From Flavobacterium sp. (GTDB lineage: Bacteria; Bacteroidota; Bacteroidia; Flavobacteriales; Flavobacteriaceae), in NCBI GenBank assembly GCA_044379175.1, contig JBIPOM010000254.1, positions 5,851 to 69,850 on the forward strand: DNA of 64,000 nucleotides, written 5' to 3'. The position numbers and the translations under genes were made by a program. This document shows positions 9,827 through 19,567 of the stretch, one piece after another. The number at the start of each line of letters is the position of its first letter. Position 1 is the first letter of the stretch. Below the pieces are notes generated by a model that saw only the letters and a program-made list of their open reading frames with translations, ran no database searches and was not told the origin of the DNA.

Positions 9827-9986
9827 AATCCTTCTTTCGTTTATGTACCAGCGTTACTTTACTTAAATGCTTTTCTTTGCACATCCACGTTAACTCTTTA
9901 GTCTCTGTGTAAGATCTTAAGGTTGCTACTATAGCCTTGCAGGTATGACAAACAAACTTGCCATTATAAAGAGTATAGTTAGACAC
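9804..9986 (-). CDS. Small zinc-ribbon protein
   Basis: CxxC...CxxxH. Confidence 0.5.
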   Translation of the reverse strand: MSNYTLYNGKFVCHTCKAIVATLRSYTETKELTWMCKEKHLSKVTLVHKRKKDYEREERK

Positions 9987-10986
9987 TAAGTTTTTTCTTA
10001 ATCATATCTTGAAGATCAAGGTCCTCTCTTACTCTATCAATGAATCCTTCTCTACCTTGAACTTTTGTACCGTCTTCAAGTTGATACCACGCACCAGTTC
10101 TGTTAATTATACCTACAGACTCTGCTGTATCTACAAGGTCACCTATGGCGTCTATGCCAAGGCTGTCTCCTCTAAAGTAAAAATCATATTCACCAGATTG
10201 AAAACCTGGAGATGTTTTTGAAAATTGTAGTTCCCACTTTATCTTTCTTCCAATTTTTTCTTCTATTAACTTATCCCCAATTTGAATCTTTCCTTTGAGT
10301 GCTTGATTGTCTGACTCTGAAGAAAAAAGTTTAACAATGCAAGAAGAATAAAACTTTGTAGCCTGACCACCTGATGGTTGTTGACTGGTGTACATTGCAT
10401 TAATATTATTTCTTGATTGAGAAATAAGTACTAACAATGTTGGCTTTACTTTATTGTTTGCGTAATTTAACATTTTCCAAGCATTACTAAAGTCACGAGA
10501 TTCGGCACCAATTTGTTTTGTATTTTCTAATGCTTTCATTTCATCAGTATCTTTTTCAAAATAGATTGCAGGAAGCATTGATGTTATTGAATCAACAACA
10601 ATCAAATCAACTCCAGCATTCATTAATCCAACACCTACATCAACCATGTCGCTGATGGTTCTTGCCTGTGAATAAATAAGTTTTTCTGGATCAACACCAA
10701 GTGATTTAGCCCAATCCTCAGAGTATGACATTTCAGAATCAATCCAAGCACAAACCTTTCCTTCTTTTTGTGCAAGAGCAATCATCTGTAAACACATTGA
10801 AGATTTTGCAGAAGACTTACTTCCCCAAATTAAAACCTGCCTACCATATGGAAGTCCTCCACCAAGTGCACGATTTAATCCAAAACTAGGTGTAGGTTGA
10901 TATTCAAAATTTATCCCCACTCCATTACCAAGTCTTTTACGTAACTTAGGATCTAACTGTGATAATACTTCTTCTACGCTAACCAT
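9979..10986 (-). CDS. recA: RecA/UvsX-like recombinase
   Basis: LNRALGGGLPYGR, variant Walker A GSKSSAKS, WIDSE, LIVVDS, SGGQATKFYSS and GAWY. Confidence 0.9.
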   Translation of the reverse strand: MVSVEEVLSQLDPKLRKRLGNGVGINFEYQPTPSFGLNRALGGGLPYGRQVLIWGSKSSAKSSMCLQMIALAQKEGKVCAWIDSEMSYSEDWAKSLGVDPEKLIYSQARTISDMVDVGVGLMNAGVDLIVVDSITSMLPAIYFEKDTDEMKALENTKQIGAESRDFSNAWKMLNYANNKVKPTLLVLISQSRNNINAMYTSQQPSGGQATKFYSSCIVKLFSSESDNQALKGKIQIGDKLIEEKIGRKIKWELQFSKTSPGFQSGEYDFYFRGDSLGIDAIGDLVDTAESVGIINRTGAWYQLEDGTKVQGREGFIDRVREDLDLQDMIKKKLSV

Positions 10987-13900
10987 TGATATCCTCCAAG
11001 ATTACGGTTCCGTCTTTTGTTTTGCCCAAAGTAAATTTATAAGCATGTCCCTCTTCTAATTTCATATAAGCCTGTGCAAATGATGTTGGAAATACCATAA
11101 CTGAATGTAGGTCTCTTGATGTATCTGCCAAAGTTAGTGATGCCATTTTTTTGCCTGCTTTTGTTATTCTAGGTTTAAATGATACCACATACATCTCTTC
11201 ATTTGTAAACGGTAATTGCTTATAGTTTAAAAACTTAACCAAGGCACTTGATGATCCTTTAATTTGATCAACTGGTATTGCAGAAAGAATTCTATTATCA
11301 TTAACAAGAATCAAATATGTTTGTCCAGTTTCAATAGTTGTTTGTTCTTCATCAAATATTCCAACACTACCAGTTTTATCTAGCACTTCAACTCTAGACC
11401 AACCCTTACTTCTTTTAATACTTTTTACCATGCCCATAATAACAAATGAACCCTTTTCATCATAATCTTCTATTTCTTTTATAAAGGCATGATAATGTGC
11501 GGGAAGACTAACATTAAATTCTGGTAAGTTTAAAACTTCATATAAGTTTTGACGAATGTCTTCATCGTTTCTAGGGTTATCAGAAAATGTAGCAGCACCA
11601 ATAAGTTTCAGTGCATTAAGTGCTCTACTGTTTACACCATTACCTTTAGTAAAAGTAAACTCTTCTAACTCTTTATATGAATTAAATGGTCTGGCATCAA
11701 TATACTTTTTAGCAATATTGTCAGATATATACTTAATAGCAGAAAGACCAAACCTAATTCCTTTACCTTCAATTTTAAAATCTATATCAGAGTCATTAAT
11801 ATGTGGTAACTTAACTGGAATACCCATTCTTTTTGCTTCAATTAAATATTCAGTACGAGTATCCTTATTGCTTTCATTTTTAAGCAAAGCAAACATAAAC
11901 TCAAGTGGATAATAATACTTTAACCACGCTGTCCAATACGAGAGCGTAGAGTAAGCAACTGCATGAGACTTGTTGAACGAATATCCCGCATGTGCCTCAA
12001 AGTCATGCCAAAGATCACGAGCAACGTTGGGAGCAACATACTTAGAAGCACCCTCAACAAACTTTTCTTTAAAAACATCAAACTCCCTCGCATCTTTCTT
12101 TTTACCAATAATCTTTCTAACCTTATCTGCATCGGCCATTGTCATGCCACCAAGGTGCACGCAAGCCTGCATAACTTGTTCCTGATACAAAACACATCCA
12201 TAAGTATCAGATGTAAATTCTTTCATTACTTGATGCACATAAGATACATTTTGTTTACCATGCTTACGAGCCAAATAATCTTTACCAATAGTATTCATTG
12301 CACCTGGTCTAACTAGTGCGTTAGATGCAGCAAGTTCATTTAGATTTTTAACACCCATCTTAACCAATAAGTTTGTGTATGGTGTTGCTTCACATTGAAA
12401 CACACCTTTTGTATATCCATCAGAAAGCATTTCATAAACTTTAGGATCTTCCATATTAATTTTTAATGGATCTATATCTACATAGTGATTTTCTTTAATC
12501 ATACTTATAGCATCTTTAATAACACTTAAAGTTTTCAAACCAAGTGCATCTATTTTAATTAAACCAATTCTTTCGGCTTCTTCCATATCAATACCAACTA
12601 CTGGAATTCTTTCATCGCTTCCAGGTGATGACCTTGTTTCTAGTGGTGCATATCTAAAAATAGGATTCTTACTTGTTACAACACCTGCGGCATGAATACC
12701 AGTTCCACGAATTCTTCCACGTAGTTGTTCTCCATAAACTTGTACTTCTGGATATTTTTCTCTAAACCAATCTGTTGATCTTGAACTACAGTATTCTTCC
12801 CATGTGTCCACTAACTTTAAAACTTTGTTAACATCTGACAAAGGAATATTTAAAACTCTTGATACGTCTCTAACAACACCTTTATCTTTAAATTGTAAAA
12901 ATGTAGCAATAGATGCAACGTGTCTATACTGTCTAACTAGATAATCTTTTACCTCATCACGACGTGAGTCTTGAATATCTGTATCAATATCTGGAAAATC
13001 ATTACGTTCTGGATTAATAAATCTAAAGAAAAGTAAACCATGTTTAATTGGATCAATATCTGTAATATTTAAAGCATAGCATAAAAGTGATCCAGCAGAA
13101 GATCCTCGACCAGGACCAACCATGATTCCTTCTTTTTTAGCCCAGTTAATCATGCTTTGCACAACTAGAAAATATGGACCAAACTTTTTATCTTTAATTA
13201 CCTTTAACTCATCATTAAGTCTTTCTACATATACAGGATCTTCTAACAAACCTTTATCTTTTAAACCCTGCATTGCAATGTCTTTTAATTCTTTATCTGG
13301 GTTTCTATATTGAACTGGTAATAAGTCCAAGCCTTCTTGTAAGTCATAGTCTTCTACCTTATTGGCAATCTCTATAGTATTAGAGTATATGTCTTCTCTG
13401 AATATACCCTGCTTTTCCATGGCAGATTTAATTTCTTCGTAACTTAACAAATGTATGTCAAATTTATTAAATGTTATCTGTCTATCCTTGCCGTACAGAT
13501 AATCTAAACGCTCCATCATATCTTTATGCTTTTTAGACTTATCGTATGTATGATCTTTTTCTACTTTAGCATGTGTGTTTAACAGCAGTTTAAATTCTTG
13601 CACTTCTCTTTGTTCTTTGCAACTATGGTGACAGTCTGGGGTAACAACTACTTTTACACCAAATTCGTCAGCAAGAGCAATAAGTTGTTTGTTTATCTCA
13701 GCAGGATTATGTGGCATTACTTCAATATAATAATCATCTTTAAAAGTATCTTTAAACCATTCAATGTATTTTTTTGCTACTGCAAATGCATTTTCTTCCA
13801 AGGCTTTAACAAGCACACTACTTGGACAAGCAGATGTAACTATAATACCTTCTGAATATTGTTTTAATATTTCAAAATCAAATCTTGGTTTTTTAAAATA

Positions 13901-14251
13901 TCCTTCAGTCCAAGCAATTTCATTTATTTTATTTAAGTTTTCTAAACCAATCTTATTTTTAGCGAGAAGGACTATATGGTTATAGACTAAATCAAGTTGA
14001 CCGTCTCTCTCAGACTTGTCTCTTGTATCAAATCTATCTTGACACATATAGCCCTCTACGCCAAGAATAGGCTTAACGTTCTTTGCTTTTGCACCTCGAT
14101 ACAGTTCTCTATGCCCAGATAAGGTTCCGTGATCTGTGATTGCAATTGCTTGCATACCCAAATCAACTGCACGGTCTATATATTCTTCTGGAGTAGCAAC
14201 ACCATCAAATAATGAATAGTGTGTGTGAACGTGTAAGCCTACATAACTCAT
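10979..14251 (-). CDS. dnaE: DNA polymerase III alpha subunit (DnaE-like)
   Basis: PHP domain LHVHTHYSLFDG and AITDHG; GPGRGSSAGS; PDIDTD; YSFNKSHA; C-terminal OB fold. Confidence 0.95.
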   Translation of the reverse strand: MSYVGLHVHTHYSLFDGVATPEEYIDRAVDLGMQAIAITDHGTLSGHRELYRGAKAKNVKPILGVEGYMCQDRFDTRDKSERDGQLDLVYNHIVLLAKNKIGLENLNKINEIAWTEGYFKKPRFDFEILKQYSEGIIVTSACPSSVLVKALEENAFAVAKKYIEWFKDTFKDDYYIEVMPHNPAEINKQLIALADEFGVKVVVTPDCHHSCKEQREVQEFKLLLNTHAKVEKDHTYDKSKKHKDMMERLDYLYGKDRQITFNKFDIHLLSYEEIKSAMEKQGIFREDIYSNTIEIANKVEDYDLQEGLDLLPVQYRNPDKELKDIAMQGLKDKGLLEDPVYVERLNDELKVIKDKKFGPYFLVVQSMINWAKKEGIMVGPGRGSSAGSLLCYALNITDIDPIKHGLLFFRFINPERNDFPDIDTDIQDSRRDEVKDYLVRQYRHVASIATFLQFKDKGVVRDVSRVLNIPLSDVNKVLKLVDTWEEYCSSRSTDWFREKYPEVQVYGEQLRGRIRGTGIHAAGVVTSKNPIFRYAPLETRSSPGSDERIPVVGIDMEEAERIGLIKIDALGLKTLSVIKDAISMIKENHYVDIDPLKINMEDPKVYEMLSDGYTKGVFQCEATPYTNLLVKMGVKNLNELAASNALVRPGAMNTIGKDYLARKHGKQNVSYVHQVMKEFTSDTYGCVLYQEQVMQACVHLGGMTMADADKVRKIIGKKKDAREFDVFKEKFVEGASKYVAPNVARDLWHDFEAHAGYSFNKSHAVAYSTLSYWTAWLKYYYPLEFMFALLKNESNKDTRTEYLIEAKRMGIPVKLPHINDSDIDFKIEGKGIRFGLSAIKYISDNIAKKYIDARPFNSYKELEEFTFTKGNGVNSRALNALKLIGAATFSDNPRNDEDIRQNLYEVLNLPEFNVSLPAHYHAFIKEIEDYDEKGSFVIMGMVKSIKRSKGWSRVEVLDKTGSVGIFDEEQTTIETGQTYLILVNDNRILSAIPVDQIKGSSSALVKFLNYKQLPFTNEEMYVVSFKPRITKAGKKMASLTLADTSRDLHSVMVFPTSFAQAYMKLEEGHAYKFTLGKTKDGTVILEDING

Positions 14252-14254
14252 CTA

Positions 14255-14911
14255 TTACCAGTCAGTGTTTGTTGACGAAGTAGTAGATGGAGAATCAAAC
14301 CCCAAGTAGAAAGCCTCTTGTTCTGCATAAGGAACTTTCTTAAGAGCCAATTCTAATGGATGAGGTTCAATACCTTCCCAATTAAACGGTTCTGTATCTG
14401 GAGCAGATGGAATAAGAGTGTAACTAGTTTCAGTTCCCTGACCGTTACGCTTTAACTTCCATGTAATATTTGAAATGCTTCCTGTTTCTAAAGCATATTC
14501 ACGAATTGTATTAAAGGATGATTGCTTGCTTAGCCCCATAGACCAAATTGCAACATATGGTGCTTCAATGCCATCGTCTACAAGAACGTTGCAGTAGAAA
14601 CGAAGACGGCCTCTCCAGCCAGCCTTTGGATCTTTACGATGCATTTCTTCAGCCCAATCGCGGCCTTCTGTTTCCATTGTATCTACAGCACGACGCTTGT
14701 AGTCTTTTGGATTTACGTGTTCCCTAACAACTAGTGCTAGTCCACGTTTTTCATTATAGTTAGCAGAATCTTCATCAAGTTCTTCAATGAATCTGATTTT
14801 TGCTGATTGACCATCTGCAAGTTTTAACCACTTTACTTTTGATCCTGTACCTTCATATTTTGGTTTGTCGAGCAGGGCGTTGATATTTTTTAATCCCTTT
14901 ACTACGCTCAT
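14255..14911 (-). CDS. Single-stranded DNA-binding protein (gp32-like)
   Basis: KWLKLADGQSAKIRF...WKLKRNGQGTETSYTL with an acidic/aromatic C-terminus; lies between primase and polymerase. Confidence 0.65.
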   Translation of the reverse strand: MSVVKGLKNINALLDKPKYEGTGSKVKWLKLADGQSAKIRFIEELDEDSANYNEKRGLALVVREHVNPKDYKRRAVDTMETEGRDWAEEMHRKDPKAGWRGRLRFYCNVLVDDGIEAPYVAIWSMGLSKQSSFNTIREYALETGSISNITWKLKRNGQGTETSYTLIPSAPDTEPFNWEGIEPHPLELALKKVPYAEQEAFYLGFDSPSTTSSTNTDW

Positions 14912-14935
14912 TCGTTCTCCTTTGTTTGTTCTATT

Positions 14936-15880
14936 CTATTTTAGCATAGCGATTATAGAGTTGTCAAATCTAAATTCAAGTTTCTTTATAGATTCGTCAT
15001 CCATGTCGCCAATATCTTTGTACTGCTTTTCTAACTTTATTACACCAACACGAGAGCCAAGTTTTTCCATAAGCCTGTCTTTCATGTTATTTCCTGCTTC
15101 ATCATTGTCTGCAATAACAATAATATCATTAAAATATTTTTTAAGCAACTCTACCTGTTGACTAGATATTGTTGCCCCAAGTGTTGCAACTGCTGGAAAT
15201 CCAACTTGATCTAATCTTATAACATCAAAAGAAGATTCTACCACATAAACTTTATTAGCAGCCTTAACTCTATTAAGATTAAATAATGTTTTAGATTTTG
15301 GCATACCTGGAGTATTTTTAAATTCTTTTCCATCAATAGATCTTCCAACAAAACCTATCATCATTCCGTCTGGTGAGTGAACTGGTATTGTTACCATATC
15401 TTGTTTTTCAGAATAACCCAAATTAAACTTAACTATTGATTCTTGAGTTACTTTTCTTTTAGCATAATATTCTATTGCCCTTGAAGACTCTAAAGCCTGA
15501 TTATTTAATCTTTTAATTATTAACTCGTCAAACTGAACAAAATCTGGTTTAACAGATAACTTTTTATTAATCTGTTTTTCAATATCCATATTCTGTTCTT
15601 TGTCTTTAATAAATCTCACGGATTCAAAATATGTTCTACCTGTAATATGCATTACAAACTCAATTAAATCTGCTATTTTATTACAAGAGAAACAAAAAAA
15701 CATTCCAGTGTTCATGTTAACTTCGCCTGCTGGAGTTCTATGATTATTATGAAACGGACAAAATACAATAAATTCAGAGCCTACTTGTGACTCAATGTTT
15801 AAACCTGATCCTTCAATGACTCTTTCAATTTGTTCTTTCGTGTATATATTGGTGTTGCCTGACTTATTCCGTCTATCCAT
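14936..15880 (-). CDS. dnaG: DNA primase
   Basis: CPFH...CFSC zinc finger; TOPRIM motifs VVESSFD and DNDEAG. Confidence 0.9.
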   Translation of the reverse strand: MDRRNKSGNTNIYTKEQIERVIEGSGLNIESQVGSEFIVFCPFHNNHRTPAGEVNMNTGMFFCFSCNKIADLIEFVMHITGRTYFESVRFIKDKEQNMDIEKQINKKLSVKPDFVQFDELIIKRLNNQALESSRAIEYYAKRKVTQESIVKFNLGYSEKQDMVTIPVHSPDGMMIGFVGRSIDGKEFKNTPGMPKSKTLFNLNRVKAANKVYVVESSFDVIRLDQVGFPAVATLGATISSQQVELLKKYFNDIIVIADNDEAGNNMKDRLMEKLGSRVGVIKLEKQYKDIGDMDDESIKKLEFRFDNSIIAMLK

Positions 15881-16125
15881 TCACTCTTTCTCTTTCCTAC
15901 ATATATTCCGTATATTGTTATTTCAAACTCAAAACTTTTTGTCTTTAGATTATAGTCTATCGTAAAGTCAGGTTCTATGTCAAATTTTGGCACATAACCA
16001 GATAGCCTCATCTCTGATACTAGCAGTTTTACATATTCAGATTTAAGCCTTTCAATGGCTGAATCATCGTGTATGGTTCCACTGAGGTTAAAGTTCTTGA
16101 TAGGTTTATGATGATAATTGTCCAC
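15799..16125 (-). CDS. Hypothetical protein
   Basis: 108-aa ORF between helicase and primase, with a -10 element just upstream of the GTG. Confidence 0.55.
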   Translation of the reverse strand: MDNYHHKPIKNFNLSGTIHDDSAIERLKSEYVKLLVSEMRLSGYVPKFDIEPDFTIDYNLKTKSFEFEITIYGIYVGKRKSEWIDGISQATPIYTRKNKLKESLKDQV

Positions 16126-16131
16126 ATACTA

Positions 16132-17358
16132 TTATAACTGCTTATCTTCATAATCTTTGTATCTGTAATACCCTTTATCAAAGTCTACCTGAACAAGGAA
16201 CTCACCCATAAATCCATTTCTGTTCTTTCTGAAAGCACATTCGATAATGTCACTATTGGATGCACGACCAAGTGCCATTACCCAATCAGCATCATATGCA
16301 ATCTGTCTAGACCATGCAGTTTGACCCAATGTTGGGACACTGCTCAAATCGTTTACATCGTCTGGAGTTGCAGAAGATATTGCAATAATAGGAATCTCTT
16401 CACCAATAGCCATAAGTTTAAGTTCTCTTGAAAGGTTTTTCATTCGTACCGTTTCGTTGTCAGACCTTTGGTTTGGACTCATAAGTTGTAAATAATCAAC
16501 AATAACAAAGTCTGGTTTATACTGATCTATCTTTCCACGAAGTACTGATGGATTAATCTCTCCACCATTGTCATTTGAGATAATATGAAATTCTGGTTTC
16601 CCTGAAATTTTATTTGCATGCCACTTATTAAACATGTCAAGTTCAATTTCACCCTTGCTTAATTTTCTGTGTGACCAAAGTCCTTCTCCCATGATCGTGT
16701 AGACACGATTTCTGACTTCTGCTTCACCCATTTCTAAAGATATGATCAGTGGAGATTTGCCTTGTTTCCAGGCCTGTACGGCAAAATAAAGGGCTAACCA
16801 AGACTTACCTATACCTGGGTATGCAAGAAACACTCCCAGTTGCCCTGGCATGATTCCTGACGGTAAGTAGTTATCAAACCCTGGAAGCCCAGTGGTAATT
16901 CCTACCAAACCAAGTTCTTGTTGTTTTTTAAGATTTTCAAAATATGCAATAGCAGACTGTAGGTCAGTGACATCAATATCACGGATGGCGGAAGTGTTCT
17001 TTTTTAATTCTGAGGTTTTTGTAATAAGATTATTTAATGCTTCTGTACCTTTGTTTTCTGAAACATTAGATGCGGCAGATCTTAATATATCTTTAAGGCT
17101 ATCATTTAAATATTCAACTTGTAGTTCTTCTAAATGATGTTTTGTTGATCCTACATTTTCTACTGGCTTAAAGTCTCTAAATTTTTCTACGACAAGGGAT
17201 ACTGGTGGAACTGTAGAGTTTTGTTCAAAGTATATTCTAATAAAGTTCCAAATATCATTATGGGTTTTTAACAGATTGTCAACATTGTTTTGAAGCAGAA
17301 CATGTAATTGTTTGTCTTGTAGTACTGCAGAAATTACCTTTGCTTCAACATTATTCAC
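16132..17358 (-). CDS. dnaB: DnaB-like replicative helicase
   Basis: AYPGIGKS (Walker A), ISLEM, VIVDYLQLM, IAYDAD and KNRNG. Confidence 0.92.
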   Translation of the reverse strand: MNNVEAKVISAVLQDKQLHVLLQNNVDNLLKTHNDIWNFIRIYFEQNSTVPPVSLVVEKFRDFKPVENVGSTKHHLEELQVEYLNDSLKDILRSAASNVSENKGTEALNNLITKTSELKKNTSAIRDIDVTDLQSAIAYFENLKKQQELGLVGITTGLPGFDNYLPSGIMPGQLGVFLAYPGIGKSWLALYFAVQAWKQGKSPLIISLEMGEAEVRNRVYTIMGEGLWSHRKLSKGEIELDMFNKWHANKISGKPEFHIISNDNGGEINPSVLRGKIDQYKPDFVIVDYLQLMSPNQRSDNETVRMKNLSRELKLMAIGEEIPIIAISSATPDDVNDLSSVPTLGQTAWSRQIAYDADWVMALGRASNSDIIECAFRKNRNGFMGEFLVQVDFDKGYYRYKDYEDKQL

Positions 17359-17659
17359 TTAGCCACTCCTTTGCTTTTTTTCGTCTTTCTAATCTTTCAA
17401 AGTTATCTTTTTCTTTATCTATTTTAGCATTCCAAATTTTTTCAGCATTGTATGAAAAATAATTCCAACTAGGACTTTGTGCTACCTTAAAATAATATTC
17501 AAGTAAATCATAGCATGTACCTAATCCGTATGATTCTATAAGGGCATCAGCAGACCACTGCTCTGTCCATTTATTTATTGATGGCTGTTGCCCATACTTA
17601 ACCTTATGGTGTTTAGCGTATGTTCCTAGCAAAGCCATTCGGTCTTTGCGTTCAGCCAC
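17351..17659 (-). CDS. Hypothetical protein (possible helicase loader)
   Basis: Overlaps the dnaB start; function inferred from position only. Confidence 0.45.
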   Translation of the reverse strand: MAERKDRMALLGTYAKHHKVKYGQQPSINKWTEQWSADALIESYGLGTCYDLLEYYFKVAQSPSWNYFSYNAEKIWNAKIDKEKDNFERLERRKKAKEWLSE

Positions 17660-17874
17660 TAATCGATTATTTCTGCTTTTGCTTCGTTAATTTTTTCAGT
17701 AAGTTTACTTTCAACAAAACCATAAACTCTTTCAAATGCTTCGCTAGTAGTTTCTCCGTCTTTCTTAGAATCTACCACACCAAGATCTAATCTTAGTGAT
17801 TGAAAATTACCTAGATTTAATGTATAACCAAGAGTAATAGAAACCTTGGTATTATCGTTTTCTTGCATACCCAC
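17659..17874 (-). CDS. Hypothetical protein
   Basis: 71 aa (LGYTLNLGNFQSLRLD); AGGAG RBS upstream. Confidence 0.6.
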   Translation of the reverse strand: MGMQENDNTKVSITLGYTLNLGNFQSLRLDLGVVDSKKDGETTSEAFERVYGFVESKLTEKINEAKAEIID

Positions 17875-17883
17875 TCCTTATTG

Positions 17884-18429
17884 CTAGTTAATCGATTCGT
17901 TCCAAATTGGAATAAATCTACCGTCTTCTGTCTTCGTATATTTAAGTATACCATCACCCATTCTTCTAGTCAACTCTTGCGTACTAGGAGTAATATCATT
18001 TGTAATTAAATTATCTTTCCTTGGTCTACCTATATGGTACGAAGCAAGTATATCACGTATGTCTTTTACTTGTGATTCTGAATAATATGATCTTACTTGC
18101 CATCCTCGTGCCCCGCCTTTTTGTGATCCAGTAGGGAATGGTATAATCCCTCGTCTCATTAAAGAAGGCATATATTTTTTATGTCTATTTACTAATTCAG
18201 CCGTTTCTCTAACTGTATATGCACGTTCTCTTTTATTTTTAAAATCAGAAATTAAACAACTTTCAATTCTATCTTTATTAATATTATATACAGACATGAT
18301 TCCGTTGGATTTATTAAAATGGTGAATCCTTACTAACTCACCGTTTAAGAACCAAACCTTTTTATTGCCAGGTATTACAGGGGCGAGATTGTATGCTTCG
18401 CTCTCAAGATTTCCTTTTCTAACAGCCAT
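17884..18429 (-). CDS. HTH (MerR/excisionase-like) DNA-binding protein
   Basis: YTVRETAELVNRH...RGIIP...RSYYSESQV; ATG at 18429 follows AGGAGG. Confidence 0.6.
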   Translation of the reverse strand: MAVRKGNLESEAYNLAPVIPGNKKVWFLNGELVRIHHFNKSNGIMSVYNINKDRIESCLISDFKNKRERAYTVRETAELVNRHKKYMPSLMRRGIIPFPTGSQKGGARGWQVRSYYSESQVKDIRDILASYHIGRPRKDNLITNDITPSTQELTRRMGDGILKYTKTEDGRFIPIWNESIN

Positions 18430-18566
18430 GATCCTCCTATGACGCTCTGTGGTGGGTTCATAAACTCTCTTGTCCCACAAGACATGCAATATAATTCTAG
18501 ATGAAGACGAGAACTATAAAGTCTATCAAGAAACATTCTTCCTTTACATTTTTTACATTCTAACAT
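18375..18566 (-). CDS. Zinc-ribbon protein
   Basis: CKKCKG...YCMSCG. Confidence 0.6.
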   Translation of the reverse strand: MLECKKCKGRMFLDRLYSSRLHLELYCMSCGTREFMNPPQSVIGGSWLLEKEILRAKHTISPL

Positions 18567-19006
18567 TAATTAGGAATTCCAAGTGCAATTATATTGATAC
18601 CAATAGAAACATTGCCACTTGTTTTAAACTTTACAACTCCATCCACTTTTGACACTGTAACATTTTTTAACACTACAGAAATGTCAGATCCAGCAGAAGT
18701 ACCATCAATATTTATTGGGGTAGCAGTAACAATTGGGGCATACTTAAATCCAGAATAACTTAAAGAAAATGGAAGTTCGTTTCCAGCACTAACTGTACTA
18801 TTATTTGCAACCTCTACATATCCACCAACCATTCTCATTTCAGATGATTTCACATCTTGTTTTCCAGAAGAAATAGTATCTATTGTCATATATTTATTAA
18901 GTGATGGTGAAACTTGGGTAGATAATGTATTTAAAGTATCTGCTATTTGATACATATAAGCAACATCAAGTGGTTGACCACGATTTGGGAGAGGTATTCT
19001 AGCCAT
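18566..19006 (-). CDS. Putative tail-associated protein
   Basis: Beta-rich, ends INIIALG; last gene of the tail cluster. Confidence 0.45.
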   Translation of the reverse strand: MARIPLPNRGQPLDVAYMYQIADTLNTLSTQVSPSLNKYMTIDTISSGKQDVKSSEMRMVGGYVEVANNSTVSAGNELPFSLSYSGFKYAPIVTATPINIDGTSAGSDISVVLKNVTVSKVDGVVKFKTSGNVSIGINIIALGIPN

Positions 19007-19024
19007 AGTTATTCTATTATACCA

Positions 19025-19567
19025 CTAAAGGGCTTGCTCAGTACTAATTAGATATGTGGCAGCATCAAAGGCTTGTTTAATTTGTGTAACTTTTTGTACT
19101 CTAAACTTCATGTGCGTTGGTCCTGTAGATGGATATTTCATATCGTACTTACCATTAGAAATACCAACCCAGATCCAACTACCATAACTTCCACTTGTTT
19201 TCCATTGAACATAAACATCAAAACTCTTAAGTGATCCTTCATAAACTTGTGTTAACTTTTGTTCATCAGTTGGGTTTGTAATTAATAATGATGGCATTGT
19301 CCAAGTAATTGCAGCCGTATGGTTTGAATCATCTATATAAACATTATGAGGAATACTTGTTCCTGCAATATCTTCAATATCAAAACCAACTTCATCAAAC
19401 GTACTTGTTGATTCTAGTTTATGTATTGGTGACCAATGTGAAGACCTATTCTTATCTTCAGAAACAATTCTATATCTCATTTGATAAAATAGTTCATCAT
19501 TATTTCCTATATAATTAGGTAAATCTTTTTTTAATATTCTAACTTTTTTTATATTTTGATCTACCAT
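19025..19567 (-). CDS. Putative minor tail protein
   Basis: FN3-like RYRIVSEDKNRSSHWSP; tail-cluster position. Confidence 0.5.
   Translation of the reverse strand: MVDQNIKKVRILKKDLPNYIGNNDELFYQMRYRIVSEDKNRSSHWSPIHKLESTSTFDEVGFDIEDIAGTSIPHNVYIDDSNHTAAITWTMPSLLITNPTDEQKLTQVYEGSLKSFDVYVQWKTSGSYGSWIWVGISNGKYDMKYPSTGPTHMKFRVQKVTQIKQAFDAATYLISTEQAL

Noticed and set aside
10979-14251. Inteins or introns in DnaE (also checked by eye in DnaB, NrdJ and TerL)
   Set aside because: Lengths and motif spacing are normal; no Hint or homing-endonuclease insertions seen.
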